Origin: Candidatus Omnitrophota bacterium
GTDB lineage: Bacteria; Omnitrophota; Gorgyraeia; Zapsychrales; Aceulaceae
Length of the DNA stretch: 64,000 nucleotides
Assembly (NCBI GenBank): GCA_029564765.1
Contig: JAKQPK010000023.1
Span: 163,640-227,639 of the forward strand
Reading direction: 5' to 3'
Part shown: positions 36,973-47,501 of the stretch, one piece after another
Layout: every line of letters starts with the position of its first letter
How positions within the stretch are numbered: position 1 is the stretch's first letter
Notes under the pieces: generated by a model
The model's database searches: none
What the model was told of the DNA's origin: nothing
What the model saw: the letters and a program-made list of their open reading frames with translations, nothing else
Position numbers and translations under genes: made by a program

Positions 36973-38927
36973 GAATTGATATGATTAAACTCTAACCAAG
37001 CATTAAACATCAGGATATCCCATAATTCGAATTGCCAGTTCCTGGAACCTTTCTTATGTTCTTGCCATTTCTGCGATATTATCTTATGATCAAAAAAACC
37101 TTTCCTTCTCAGATAATCACTTGAAAGAAGGTCATCTGCCCAATCTTTTAACGGCCCTCTCAGCCAATCATCAAGAGGAACAGCAAATCCCATTTTTGGC
37201 CTTTCCCAATAAGTTGCTGGAAGATATTTGCTCAAAATATTTCTCAGGATTAACTTTGACCCATTTTTATTAATAAGCACATCCGTCGGCAGCTTCCACG
37301 CATATTCGACCAGCCGGTGATCCAAGAAAACTGCTCGAGATTCCAAGCTCGCAGACATGCTTGCCCTATCAACTTTAGTTAAAATATCATTGGGAAGATA
37401 ATTGGTCATATCACAATACATCATTTGTCTTTTTAAATCTCCCAAGGAATCCATGGATGAAAGGCCTGCAAATCTTTCTAATCTATTAAAATCTCCTAAA
37501 ACAACTTCCTCAGAATTCTTCCAGTGGGATGTTAAATTCAAATACGCCTCATCTTCATTTAAAGCTGCCAAGCAATCCAAAAACTTTTGAAACTTTATTC
37601 CAGGACTTCGCACTCTGAGCTGCTCAGGAAGAATCTGTTTTAAGCTCTCAAAGCCAGCCTCAAATTTATCTGGTGAGCAAATAGAAAGAAAACTTGATAA
37701 TGACCGTCGGACTCCATGAGGCACTAGCTCTATTTTCTTCCAAATCTTATCCAACCAAACATGTCTGTTATAACCTCCGAATATCTCATCTCCTCCGTCT
37801 CCAGAAACACACACCGTAACATGTTGTTTAGCCAGTCTTGAAACTAAAATGGTTGGAATCTGTGAAGAATCTGCAAATGGTTCATCATAAATTTTAGGCA
37901 ACTCAGGAATCACTTTCAAAGCGTCTTTAGCTGTCGCATGAAAACATGTATGATCTGTACCTAAATATTCAGCGACTTGTTTAGCGTCTTGCGCTTCATT
38001 GTATCGCTGATCATCAAATCCAATTGTAAATGTCTTAATTGGAACAGTGCTTTGCTCCTGCATTAGCGCAGTGATCAAAGAAGAATCAATGCCTCCAGAA
38101 AGAAAAACTCCAAGGGGAACATCCGACTCCATTCTTATCTTAACAGCATCTTTAAGAAGAAACTTTCCTTCTCGCAACATGTCCTCAAAAGTTCTCAATT
38201 TATTCGTTGCATCAAAAGCCATCGCGGCATTCGAAGCGGACCAATAAAAATGAGTTTTAATGTCCTGAGATACGCTATCAAATTCTAACAATTCTCCAGG
38301 AAAAAGTTTTCTTATATTCTTAAATATTGAATGTGGCGCAGGAATACAATTATATCTAAGATAAGAAGCAACAGCTTGTCGATTTATCTCTTTATCAAAT
38401 CCAGGAAACTCTGCAAATGCTTTAAGCTCTGAGGCAAAAACAAAACTATTGTTGATAAACCCATAATAAAGAGGCTTTTCACCGAGGCGGTCTCGACACA
38501 AATAAAGGATTTTATCGCTCCGATCCCATAAAGCAAATGCGAACATCCCGTTGAATTTTGCCATAGCCTTTTCCAGCCCATAATGGCTAATCGCTGAAAG
38601 TACAACCTCGGTGTCGCTATGGCCAAGAAATTGAACGCCATGCAATTCCAAATCTTTACGCAATGCTTTAAAATTATAAACCTCTCCGTTAAAGACGATG
38701 ATGTACCTTCCGTCGCGAGACACCATAGGCTGGTGCCCTTCCTGAGAAAGGTCTATGATGGATAAACGTCGATGACCAAACGCAACGCCATTGTTTTCGT
38801 CGATCCATATACCTTGGTCATCAGGTCCCCTATGACGCAAGGTATCAGCCATCAAAGTTACAAAATAATCAAGTTGTTGCGACTTTTTACGCCACGATGG
38901 GTCTATAAATCCAACAATGCCACACAT
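36969..38927 (-). CDS. asnB: Asparagine-synthase-like glutamine amidotransferase (glycan amidation, WbpS-like)
   Basis: MCGIVG, HRGPDD, RDRLGEKPLYY, LSGGIDSS, SGDGGDE; located inside the glycan locus. Confidence 0.9.
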   Translation of the reverse strand: MCGIVGFIDPSWRKKSQQLDYFVTLMADTLRHRGPDDQGIWIDENNGVAFGHRRLSIIDLSQEGHQPMVSRDGRYIIVFNGEVYNFKALRKDLELHGVQFLGHSDTEVVLSAISHYGLEKAMAKFNGMFAFALWDRSDKILYLCRDRLGEKPLYYGFINNSFVFASELKAFAEFPGFDKEINRQAVASYLRYNCIPAPHSIFKNIRKLFPGELLEFDSVSQDIKTHFYWSASNAAMAFDATNKLRTFEDMLREGKFLLKDAVKIRMESDVPLGVFLSGGIDSSLITALMQEQSTVPIKTFTIGFDDQRYNEAQDAKQVAEYLGTDHTCFHATAKDALKVIPELPKIYDEPFADSSQIPTILVSRLAKQHVTVCVSGDGGDEIFGGYNRHVWLDKIWKKIELVPHGVRRSLSSFLSICSPDKFEAGFESLKQILPEQLRVRSPGIKFQKFLDCLAALNEDEAYLNLTSHWKNSEEVVLGDFNRLERFAGLSSMDSLGDLKRQMMYCDMTNYLPNDILTKVDRASMSASLESRAVFLDHRLVEYAWKLPTDVLINKNGSKLILRNILSKYLPATYWERPKMGFAVPLDDWLRGPLKDWADDLLSSDYLRRKGFFDHKIISQKWQEHKKGSRNWQFELWDILMFNAWLEFNHINS

Positions 38928-38930
38928 GAT

Positions 38931-40301
38931 CTACTTACTCCTCTTGGCCTTAAGCTTTTCAAAAAAAACAATAAATCCCGCAATCCCTAAAGCCACTAAA
39001 ATCGAAATATATCCGTATCGCATTCGATACAAGGAACCTATGTTGCAAAAAACTAGCCCATAAACAAGCATCATGTATATACAAGATAATAAAATAATCC
39101 AGAAATCAATGCGTTTACGCCAATGCCAAATAGCATACGGTAAGAATATTAAAGCAAAATATACCACCATCATCTCAAATGCGGATATTTTCCGCATAAA
39201 AGAACCTCCGGGAGAGCTGCTTTGAGCAAACCATTGATTAGGAAACGGCGCTAACAAGGCTATCTGGGTTGCTCGAGGTAGATAGACCACTATATCTTTA
39301 ACGCTTCTAAATCCGATGTTTTGATCAATACTGCTTTTAGCTTCAGAGGGGGAAAACTGAAAACCTTTTCTGACCTGAGACAAAGAAGAAGCTTTTCTTT
39401 CAATAAAATCTGGAAGTCTAAATGAACCCTGCCAATAATTTTCTGAGCCACCATGCTTCATCAAAGTCTCATTCTCAGCTTTTATTTCTTCCGATCCTAC
39501 AAAGTCCCCCTTAAAATCAATTGAACTTAGACTTTTTTCTTGTAATAAAATAAAAAGCATAAGAAAGAAAGATAGAAAAAAGAAGAATATTTTTAGCCAT
39601 GATGTTTCGTTTCTAAGCTTTTTAATTAAAAAAACAAACGATAGAAAACAAAAGAGCATAATTATAAAAGGCCCAACAATCGTTAATAAATAAGGACGTA
39701 CAATCCACATCAGCATAATCCCACAGATACTAGAAAGTAATCCACGAAAAAAATGGTAAAATTGCTGCTTAGCCCCCATGCCTTCTGCTCTTGACAGCAA
39801 TACAATGCCCTTCAAAAACAATAAGAATCCTAAAATGCTAAAACCGTCCTTATGAAGCTGAGAAGTCCATTGCAAGCTAGAAGGAAAAAGAAGAAAAGGC
39901 AATGCGCACAAAAGCGCCCTAGCTTGATTCTTAATAAATCGATTTAAAATCTGAAATAATACCAAAAACGCACTCGCGTGCAAAACAGCATTTAGCGGAA
40001 TCAAAATCCACAGCTTGCTCCAAGTTAATGCAAATATAAAGGCTGCTATGCCTGCCGGCGCCTGACCTTGGGGACGAAATTCCCATGCTGCCCATCCAAA
40101 CGTTCTTATCTTTTCAGCCAACTCAGCTGCAAGTCGATAAAATCCTAGGCAATCGGGGAGCCCAATAAACAATCCACCACCTGCATGCAGATCTGTTAAA
40201 AAAACGGGAAGTAAAATAAATTGTATAAATGCACTAACAATGCAAGTATACAGAAAAGCTGCGACCCAAATTCTCCATAAATCCTTAAATTCGTTATTCA
40301 T
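38931..40301 (-). CDS. Polytopic membrane protein, probable Wzy polymerase
   Basis: About 10 TMs, low GC, large periplasmic loop, NIGSLYRMR; glycan-locus context. Confidence 0.6.
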   Translation of the reverse strand: MNNEFKDLWRIWVAAFLYTCIVSAFIQFILLPVFLTDLHAGGGLFIGLPDCLGFYRLAAELAEKIRTFGWAAWEFRPQGQAPAGIAAFIFALTWSKLWILIPLNAVLHASAFLVLFQILNRFIKNQARALLCALPFLLFPSSLQWTSQLHKDGFSILGFLLFLKGIVLLSRAEGMGAKQQFYHFFRGLLSSICGIMLMWIVRPYLLTIVGPFIIMLFCFLSFVFLIKKLRNETSWLKIFFFFLSFFLMLFILLQEKSLSSIDFKGDFVGSEEIKAENETLMKHGGSENYWQGSFRLPDFIERKASSLSQVRKGFQFSPSEAKSSIDQNIGFRSVKDIVVYLPRATQIALLAPFPNQWFAQSSSPGGSFMRKISAFEMMVVYFALIFLPYAIWHWRKRIDFWIILLSCIYMMLVYGLVFCNIGSLYRMRYGYISILVALGIAGFIVFFEKLKAKRSK

Positions 40302-40364
40302 AATAATTACCCGAACTTAGGCATACTGATTCTAGTCAAGAAATGGCCTCCAAAAACTTTCACT

Positions 40365-41420
40365 CTATACAAGCGATAAGAAAACTTTATCCCAGCGATC
40401 TAAAATAATTTCTTCACTATAATACTTCTCGGCAAAGATAAGACCACGTGCTCCTGCTTCACGACGAGCATTCTCATCATCTATATACTTTACCAAGGTT
40501 TCTATCCATTCGCTTTTTGTCCGGCAAGTCATTGATAAGCCGCACTGCTGCATGGCTCTCTCATATGCTGGAGTCGAAGACACGACAACCGGCATGCCCA
40601 TGCGCCAAAATAACAACAATTTATTTTCAGGCTTACCAACAGCAAATGAATCATTTAAAGATATTGGAATAAGTGCTAAATCACATTTTCTGATAAGATC
40701 TGAACAAGTTTTCTCGTTCCATTCATGCAAATGAACATCGCAAGATAATTTTTTTGTTAATGCAGATGTTTGTTGATGCCCATATCTACCTGCATATTTA
40801 TAATACTCAAGATCAGTCACAATATGCAGTGCCACTTTCTTTTTTTCACTTAATTTCATTAGAACATCATTGATTTCATAAAATGATCTGATGTTGCATG
40901 GCAACCCTTCCCAAACAAAATTAAAAATATCCCTACAGGAATAATCCTGTTTGACTTCTTGAACAACACTACTATGAAAATCGAGGACAATATGTACATT
41001 TTTACAAAACTTTGAGATATCTTGCTTTTGTTCTTCTGTGCTACATATAACAGCATCCGATCTCTGACACATTTGCTCGATAGCTTTCCAATAATTTAAT
41101 TTCAGATATCGATTCTCTCCAGCAACAACTTTAGCTAATCCCCTAAGAATTCCTTTTAAATCATAGCGAGGAATAGCAAGATATGAATCGATAAAATCGT
41201 AAACAATTTTTGCCTTTCCTTTACGATAATTGCTCCAAACACCAAGATCACCTTTCTGCGTAACAACAACAATATCATAATCCTTAAAAGGATCAGCTAT
41301 TTCAAACTTTATATTTCTTTTGTTTGCATAATAACAAAATCTCCTCCTATCTCCTGGTCGGCTCAAATAAACGGAATACGGCACATATCCAATTCTCAAT
41401 CTGGCAAAATCATTATTCAT
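40365..41420 (-). CDS. Putative glycosyltransferase (GT-B fold)
   Basis: KPENKLLLFWRMGMPVV GT-B C-terminal signature; context. Confidence 0.65.
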   Translation of the reverse strand: MNNDFARLRIGYVPYSVYLSRPGDRRRFCYYANKRNIKFEIADPFKDYDIVVVTQKGDLGVWSNYRKGKAKIVYDFIDSYLAIPRYDLKGILRGLAKVVAGENRYLKLNYWKAIEQMCQRSDAVICSTEEQKQDISKFCKNVHIVLDFHSSVVQEVKQDYSCRDIFNFVWEGLPCNIRSFYEINDVLMKLSEKKKVALHIVTDLEYYKYAGRYGHQQTSALTKKLSCDVHLHEWNEKTCSDLIRKCDLALIPISLNDSFAVGKPENKLLLFWRMGMPVVVSSTPAYERAMQQCGLSMTCRTKSEWIETLVKYIDDENARREAGARGLIFAEKYYSEEIILDRWDKVFLSLV

Positions 41421-42564
41421 TATTCTTGTCTTTCCTAATTATCCATGCCCTAAATTCTCTAATATTTAAGACTCCGCCCATAGGAGAAAGGCCACGCCAA
41501 ATTCTCCGGGGATCATTCTTCTTACAAATATTCAACATGCGAAACATATGTTTCCAGCTCTCGCTATCTACGATAGAAAGAAACAGCCAAGTCCAATCTA
41601 AAAAAGATAGCTTTGCAATTCTTGCCACAAAATTATTAAATGTAATTATGCCAGAGCCATATTGCCTACACCAATAATATACCTGCCGCCTCACATAATT
41701 TGCCCGACTTATATTTATGCCCTTCAGCTTGTCGTCATAATCAATTTTCAGAAAATTAAGCCATGTGTGCATATGGTTTATTAACTCATTGCCTGGTAAA
41801 CAACCCTTAAAATCAGCTCCTACGCCAAGATAGATCAACCCTTTATCCTGTTTATTGCTGTACACAAAATGGCCAAATGATTTTGGAGACACGCCAACAA
41901 CAAGCAAGTTTTCTGGTAAATAAACCCATCGCGCATCGCTTAAGAGCAATGCGTTTAATGCGTAATGGTCTGGAAAGGGTGGGTGAAAAACATCCCCCTT
42001 AATATACTTTTCAGCCGCACGATGAGAAACAAGCGTTGTCTGCATGTTCAACGGAATTCGCACCCTAAAACGATACATATCTCGAACAATCGAAAATCGC
42101 TGCTCAAAAGAAACTAGTCCCTCTTTTTTAAAATCAGGACCAAACTTGAAATGCCGTTTATTATAATAACTTTCTCTGTTGTTAATAGCCCCTGGAGCAA
42201 TATAAGTATACGCATTATAAATTACGCAATCTGGATCATCATATTTTCTTAACGTATCTTCCATGCGCTTAAAATATCCCGGCAGAAGACAGTCATCGTC
42301 ACCCATCATTAAAAAATAATCTCCCGAGCTCGCCTTAAGAGCATTATTCCAATTTTCAGTAACACCAACTGGAGCGTCTAGCCTTAGAACCTTTAGACGT
42401 GAATCATTGGCAAAGGATTTAAGAATATCTTGCGTTTCATCAGTATTTGCATTATCTGACACAACAAGCTCCATATCTTCATACGGCTCATCAAGAATAG
42501 AGCTAATACAATCTTTTAAAAACTGCCCACCATTACGTGTAGGAAGAAGAACAGAAAACTTCAT
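41413..42564 (-). CDS. GT2 glycosyltransferase
   Basis: SVLLPTRN, VSDNANTD, ENWN, GDDD. Confidence 0.9.
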   Translation of the reverse strand: MKFSVLLPTRNGGQFLKDCISSILDEPYEDMELVVSDNANTDETQDILKSFANDSRLKVLRLDAPVGVTENWNNALKASSGDYFLMMGDDDCLLPGYFKRMEDTLRKYDDPDCVIYNAYTYIAPGAINNRESYYNKRHFKFGPDFKKEGLVSFEQRFSIVRDMYRFRVRIPLNMQTTLVSHRAAEKYIKGDVFHPPFPDHYALNALLLSDARWVYLPENLLVVGVSPKSFGHFVYSNKQDKGLIYLGVGADFKGCLPGNELINHMHTWLNFLKIDYDDKLKGINISRANYVRRQVYYWCRQYGSGIITFNNFVARIAKLSFLDWTWLFLSIVDSESWKHMFRMLNICKKNDPRRIWRGLSPMGGVLNIREFRAWIIRKDKNNE

Positions 42565-43448
42565 TCAGCCACCTTTTTTTGGAAAATAGCTGTATAGGCA
42601 CACCCTTCAAACTTTTTTCGATCCCACAAAGCCATTGGAAAGCTCACAAGATAACCAATCACAAAACATATTCTCTGCGTTAATTTTCCAGAACAGCAAT
42701 TCATCAAAAGACGTTGCCAGCCAAACCTATTCCAGCTTCTGCCACCATGATCGTCTGTCGTTATCATAACCAGTTTCAATCCATGTCTCTCTAGATAATC
42801 TTCAAGAACTTTTCTTGGAAAAAGATTTAAATGGCGAGGCGCGTCAGCATGCGGCCAATAAGCACCCATAAGTCTAAACTGAAATGACTGGGGATTCGGA
42901 GTCGCGATAACCAGCATCCCCCCAGGCGACAGATTATTTGCCAATGCGCTTAAAGCTTCCCAAGGATTAGCGAGATGCTCTAGAACATGCCACATAGCAA
43001 TAACATCATGCTTTCCCATAGATTCTACTGCTTTATGAGGCATGTCACTTTTTATAACATTAACGCCAACTTCTTCCTCTAAATACTTGCAGCACCTTTC
43101 ATTCATTTCTATGGTATCGACTTTAAAACCAGCTTCTTTTGCCTGATATGCAAATACACCAAAAGCTGGCCCAATCTCAAGAAGAGCTCCAGACGTTACA
43201 AATTTTTTTATCATTTCAATCTTAAATTTCTCAGCTTTAGCTATATTCTTTAACTTATCCAAAGAAGGTATCTGATAATATTCTTGGGCATAATAGCTCC
43301 CCAAATTATCAGGAATTTCGGAGATAGATATCAAATCGCAAGACGGACAACGCGAATAAATAAATTTCTTTTTCGAGATCTTACGATTAAGATCTTTTGC
43401 TTGAAATAAAACTTCAGGTTTTTCTCCGCAAAATGAACAAGCTATCAA
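42561..43448 (-). CDS. Class I SAM-dependent methyltransferase with N-terminal zinc ribbon
   Basis: CSFC...CPSC, LLEIGPAFG, WHVLEH, PRHL. Confidence 0.88.
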   Translation of the reverse strand: MIACSFCGEKPEVLFQAKDLNRKISKKKFIYSRCPSCDLISISEIPDNLGSYYAQEYYQIPSLDKLKNIAKAEKFKIEMIKKFVTSGALLEIGPAFGVFAYQAKEAGFKVDTIEMNERCCKYLEEEVGVNVIKSDMPHKAVESMGKHDVIAMWHVLEHLANPWEALSALANNLSPGGMLVIATPNPQSFQFRLMGAYWPHADAPRHLNLFPRKVLEDYLERHGLKLVMITTDDHGGRSWNRFGWQRLLMNCCSGKLTQRICFVIGYLVSFPMALWDRKKFEGCAYTAIFQKKVAE

Positions 43449-44365
43449 TGGACCACCTTTTTTTCTAGATTATTTCTCCACCATTCAATTGTCTGATCTA
43501 ACCCTGTATCAATATCATATCCTGGAGCCCATCTAACTTCATTTGTTAACCTTTGAATATTGGCTACGAGCATAGGAGGTTCATCTTTTGACGATGGGAT
43601 AGCTCCTAAGCGAATCAACTCTGATCTACCGATCTTCTCTCCTATCTTTGTGATAACTTCTTTTAAGGCAATCGCCTCTCCAGAGGCAATATTTACTGCG
43701 CCTTGAACATCGCTATTTAGCAAGCTAACAAAAGCAGAAGCGACATCTTTAACATAGAGGAAATCGCGTAGCTGATTACCATGCGAACAAAAAGCTGGAT
43801 TACCTTTTAAAATAGAAGTTACAACATGCGGGACCAGCCTCGCAGGATGTTCATTCGGGCCATAAAGAAAAAATATTCTTCCCCAAGCACTGCTCAAGCC
43901 GGTCTTTTTAGAAAAAGTAGTCATGCTCTCCTGAAGAAAATGCTTGCATTTCCCATATACTGTTGCTGGCAAAAGCGGCGTTCCGCTTTCATCGCAGCAT
44001 CCATGCTGCCAATCGTATTCGGCACAAGTTCCAGCCATGACCGCTCTCTGTCCACCGCTATCATAAAAATATTTTAAAAGTGCTTTGCTTGCTTCAAGCC
44101 ACTTAAAATTCTCCTCAGCACTCCAATATTTCTTAGGCTCAGCATACCAAGCAAAATGCAACAAATGTGTCGCACCAACATCTTTAGCCGTCTTCTCTGC
44201 TTGTTTTTCGTCTAATAAATCGGCTTCAATCCATTTAACACTCTCCGGCGCACCTTCAATCTGATCTAAAGCTACAGCATAAACGTCATAGTCCTCCTCG
44301 ACTAAAGGAGACAAGCAATTCCTTGCTATAAATCCTGAAGCCCCTGTAACAAGCACTTTTTTCAT
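43445..44365 (-). CDS. NAD-dependent sugar epimerase/reductase (CDP-deoxyhexose reductase-like)
   Basis: TGASGFIA, HFAW, GTCAEY, YGKCK. Confidence 0.88.
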   Translation of the reverse strand: MKKVLVTGASGFIARNCLSPLVEEDYDVYAVALDQIEGAPESVKWIEADLLDEKQAEKTAKDVGATHLLHFAWYAEPKKYWSAEENFKWLEASKALLKYFYDSGGQRAVMAGTCAEYDWQHGCCDESGTPLLPATVYGKCKHFLQESMTTFSKKTGLSSAWGRIFFLYGPNEHPARLVPHVVTSILKGNPAFCSHGNQLRDFLYVKDVASAFVSLLNSDVQGAVNIASGEAIALKEVITKIGEKIGRSELIRLGAIPSSKDEPPMLVANIQRLTNEVRWAPGYDIDTGLDQTIEWWRNNLEKKVVH

Positions 44366-44892
44366 AATTTAAAATCTAAATATTGAGAATCTCGCGCATT
44401 AATTAAAACATCCTTGTTTGGCCACTGTATTTTAAACGCCGGATCATTCCATCTTACACCCATCGAGCACTCTGGATGATAGGCTTCAGAAATCTGATAA
44501 AAAACTTCTGAGCTATCCTCCAGTGTCAGAAATCCATGAGCACATCCCTCTGGGATATATAATGCTTTTCTGTTTTCAGCGCTCAACTCTATTGCAAACC
44601 ATTTCTTAAAAGTCGACGATCCTTCTCTCAAGTCAAGAACGACGTCATAGATCGCACCCATAGTGCATCGCACAACCTTAGCTTCTTCGTGTGGCCTAAC
44701 CTGATAATGCATTCCGCGTAAAATTCCTCTTTTCTTATTAAAAGAAATGCTACATTGCGAAAGATCTTGATTTAGCCCTGCTTTTCTAAATTCTTCTTTA
44801 CACCAGCTTCTAGCAAAAAACCCCCTTTTGTCTTCGAAACGCTCTAACTCTAAAATGAAAACTCCCTTTAAAAATGTTTCTACATATTTCAT
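44362..44892 (-). CDS. rfbC: NDP-4-keto-6-deoxyhexose 3,5-epimerase
   Basis: DKRGFF, GILRGMHYQ, YIPEGCAHGF, WNDP. Confidence 0.93.
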   Translation of the reverse strand: MKYVETFLKGVFILELERFEDKRGFFARSWCKEEFRKAGLNQDLSQCSISFNKKRGILRGMHYQVRPHEEAKVVRCTMGAIYDVVLDLREGSSTFKKWFAIELSAENRKALYIPEGCAHGFLTLEDSSEVFYQISEAYHPECSMGVRWNDPAFKIQWPNKDVLINARDSQYLDFKL

Positions 44893-44903
44893 CTTCTGGC
44901 ACC

Positions 44904-46148
44904 CTATAACAAATATTGATATTTCTGAAGAAATTTAGCCCCTACTCTCGAAACTGCTCCATAAGAATAATGTGTCTCATTCATTAACGACTTAAATCGC
45001 TCTTGGAGGCAGTGATCTTCTTCTGAATAATTAACCAAACCGTTTACTTTTTCCAAGGCTTCTATGGCTAAACCCTTGACATCTTCTGAAGAATTCTCAA
45101 CAGCTATGATGCTATGCTCTTTGTATAGGCTATCTGTTCGAAAATTTCCAATAGAAGTAGAAAAGATTTCTTTAAAACTTAGATATCGGTTTTCTTTTAT
45201 TGACCAAATAAGCTTAGGGATTGCAATATCGTCAGGACCATAAGGTAAAATTGCAGAAATTGGCCCACTGATATTTGCAGCCGCAGTTAAGACTCCAAAA
45301 ACGCTAGCCAGATTTGATAAACCCGAGTTGCTCCCTAAAAAAAACTTACAACTTGCGCATAAAAAAACATCCATCCAATCACTTTTAACACTCAAATGTG
45401 CGTAGTCAATAACATTTCTCATTTTTGGAATTGACTTCATCGTTGGATCACCAACCCGGATAACCCACCCACCCCTATCAACAATTTCCTGCATTGCTGA
45501 TAAATAATTATTTATATCAACATTTCGAAGAGTTTCCTTGTTTTTATGCATACCAAAGCCATTTTCTCGACAATGAACACATGCAAACCAGGCGTCGCTA
45601 GGGAGACCTAAATTACGCAACACCTTCCATCCTCGATTACGATCAAAATTAGTCAAAGAGAGGATTGGTGGACGACCATAATATTTTCTCTGGATTTCTG
45701 GAAAAGATGCGTTTTCAAAATGACCGCAAAAATATTTTTCGACCCTATATCTAGTCAGCATACTCCTGCAAAATGGACTTAACAGAATACAAAGAATCGG
45801 ATTTTGTATAATTAATATCCGCTTTCTCCAGTAACCAAGAAAATATTGGTTAACAACATCTTTTTTAAGTGCTAAAAGAACAGCTCTATATTGAGGTCGC
45901 AAGTCAAGAATACCTTCTTTTATATAACAATCTAATTCGCCGGCTAAATGCCCTATCGCCATTGTTGATATTGGAATAAACTTAACTCTCATTAACCAAA
46001 GAAAAGGATAAAAAATAAGTCCTATAACTTGACCGACAACAAAATAAAATAATTTAATTGAGAAATAAAATATCCCCTCAGCCCTCAGAACTCTTATGGC
46101 GTATTCCGAGATTTTTATTATCGTTGACAGGACTTTATTGTATACCAT
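44904..46148 (-). CDS. Putative glycosyltransferase (TIGR04372-like)
   Basis: AIGHL, WFACVHCRE, GGWVIRVG, MDVFLCASCKFFLGSNSG, ENSSEDV. Confidence 0.75.
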   Translation of the reverse strand: MVYNKVLSTIIKISEYAIRVLRAEGIFYFSIKLFYFVVGQVIGLIFYPFLWLMRVKFIPISTMAIGHLAGELDCYIKEGILDLRPQYRAVLLALKKDVVNQYFLGYWRKRILIIQNPILCILLSPFCRSMLTRYRVEKYFCGHFENASFPEIQRKYYGRPPILSLTNFDRNRGWKVLRNLGLPSDAWFACVHCRENGFGMHKNKETLRNVDINNYLSAMQEIVDRGGWVIRVGDPTMKSIPKMRNVIDYAHLSVKSDWMDVFLCASCKFFLGSNSGLSNLASVFGVLTAAANISGPISAILPYGPDDIAIPKLIWSIKENRYLSFKEIFSTSIGNFRTDSLYKEHSIIAVENSSEDVKGLAIEALEKVNGLVNYSEEDHCLQERFKSLMNETHYSYGAVSRVGAKFLQKYQYLL

Positions 46149-47499
46149 TTAAATGCCACTCAAGACGACATTGATTCCAAATAAACAAAATTATTGGAAA
46201 TATTATTAAGTTAATCGCCAAATAACCAAGGGCGATGTTAATAATAGAAGAATATTTTCCTAGTAAAAAGGCAGCTCCTCCCACAGCCAACCCGCCAGCA
46301 ATAGACACAAGGAAAATAGGCTCTTTTTTATGAGCTCTCATATACACAGAAAAAGGAAGAGACAACATCGTCGTCACTTGCGCTATTAAAAATATTGTCG
46401 TTGGCAATAGCGGCAATATCCGAGAAGAAAATGGATGGTTAATTTTATTAAGAAAATACACTCCAAGCCATACCGCTAGTGCGCCAGACACTGTTATGGT
46501 AATAAATATTTTTATTATCTTCCAAAACAAAATATCAAGCTCCACATATCTTTTTTCAGCAATCAACATCCCAAACTTTGGAGCTTTTGGAAAAATCCAC
46601 GAGCCAGAAACTGTAGCAACCATGCTTGCTATGCTCCAGGTCATGCCAAACTGACCAGCAACTATTGATCCATGATAACGAAAAATTATTGGTGTAAAGA
46701 TTGAAAAAATAAAATAGCCGCTAATCCAACTAAGCGCTATCCTCCATTGCATTGGAAAAATTTCTTTTCTCCAGTTTATTTGATCGCCAGGAATATTATT
46801 AAAAAAAAGGCTTTTTATAAAATTAAGATATTTAAATCCTAGAAAAAATATTGACCAAAACAACACCATCATAGTCGAAATAGATGCTGTCCAGAGTTTT
46901 GCTCCTAACAAAATTGCTATCCAAATAGATAAACTAGAAATAATTCCTTGAAAAAAACGAAAGAAATATACATCAGCTACTTGATTACATCCTTCAAGCA
47001 AAGACCAGGCAGGAACAAAGAATAGAATGCCCGCAGTAAAAAAACACAAGGAAAACCATGGGCCCACCCAATTTATATCAATGCTACTACTAGAATTCTG
47101 AAAAAAAATGTAACCACCTAGGCCTAGTCCCAAAGCAACAATCAGTGCTCCAACCGCATACCATTTAGAAGTAATATTAGCCAGACTTCTGAGTCGCGAA
47201 AGGGCATTCTTGTCTCCAATGATGCTTCCATCCTCGCTGATCTTTAATTTAGACCACTCATGACTTGCAAACTGTATAACAACAATACCCAGCCCTAATT
47301 CCACAAAAACCTGTAAAGCTAAAAGGCTGGCAAAAGTGTAATAATACCCTTGCAGTTCCGGAGAAAATTTAGAAGCAATAAGTAAAATGGTTACCGGCGC
47401 AAAAATAACGCTCCAAAGCCTTGCCAGTAATCCAAAAAAGACTGCTCTGTCGACTTCAAGTTTGTGCAATATCTTCGTCAAAAGAGCAACAAATGCCAT
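46135..47499 (-). CDS. Wzx-type flippase
   Basis: About 12 TMs; QGYYYTFASL...ELGLG; low GC. Confidence 0.8.
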   Translation of the reverse strand: MAFVALLTKILHKLEVDRAVFFGLLARLWSVIFAPVTILLIASKFSPELQGYYYTFASLLALQVFVELGLGIVVIQFASHEWSKLKISEDGSIIGDKNALSRLRSLANITSKWYAVGALIVALGLGLGGYIFFQNSSSSIDINWVGPWFSLCFFTAGILFFVPAWSLLEGCNQVADVYFFRFFQGIISSLSIWIAILLGAKLWTASISTMMVLFWSIFFLGFKYLNFIKSLFFNNIPGDQINWRKEIFPMQWRIALSWISGYFIFSIFTPIIFRYHGSIVAGQFGMTWSIASMVATVSGSWIFPKAPKFGMLIAEKRYVELDILFWKIIKIFITITVSGALAVWLGVYFLNKINHPFSSRILPLLPTTIFLIAQVTTMLSLPFSVYMRAHKKEPIFLVSIAGGLAVGGAAFLLGKYSSIINIALGYLAINLIIFPIILFIWNQCRLEWHLNGIQ

Positions 47500-47501
47500 C
47501 G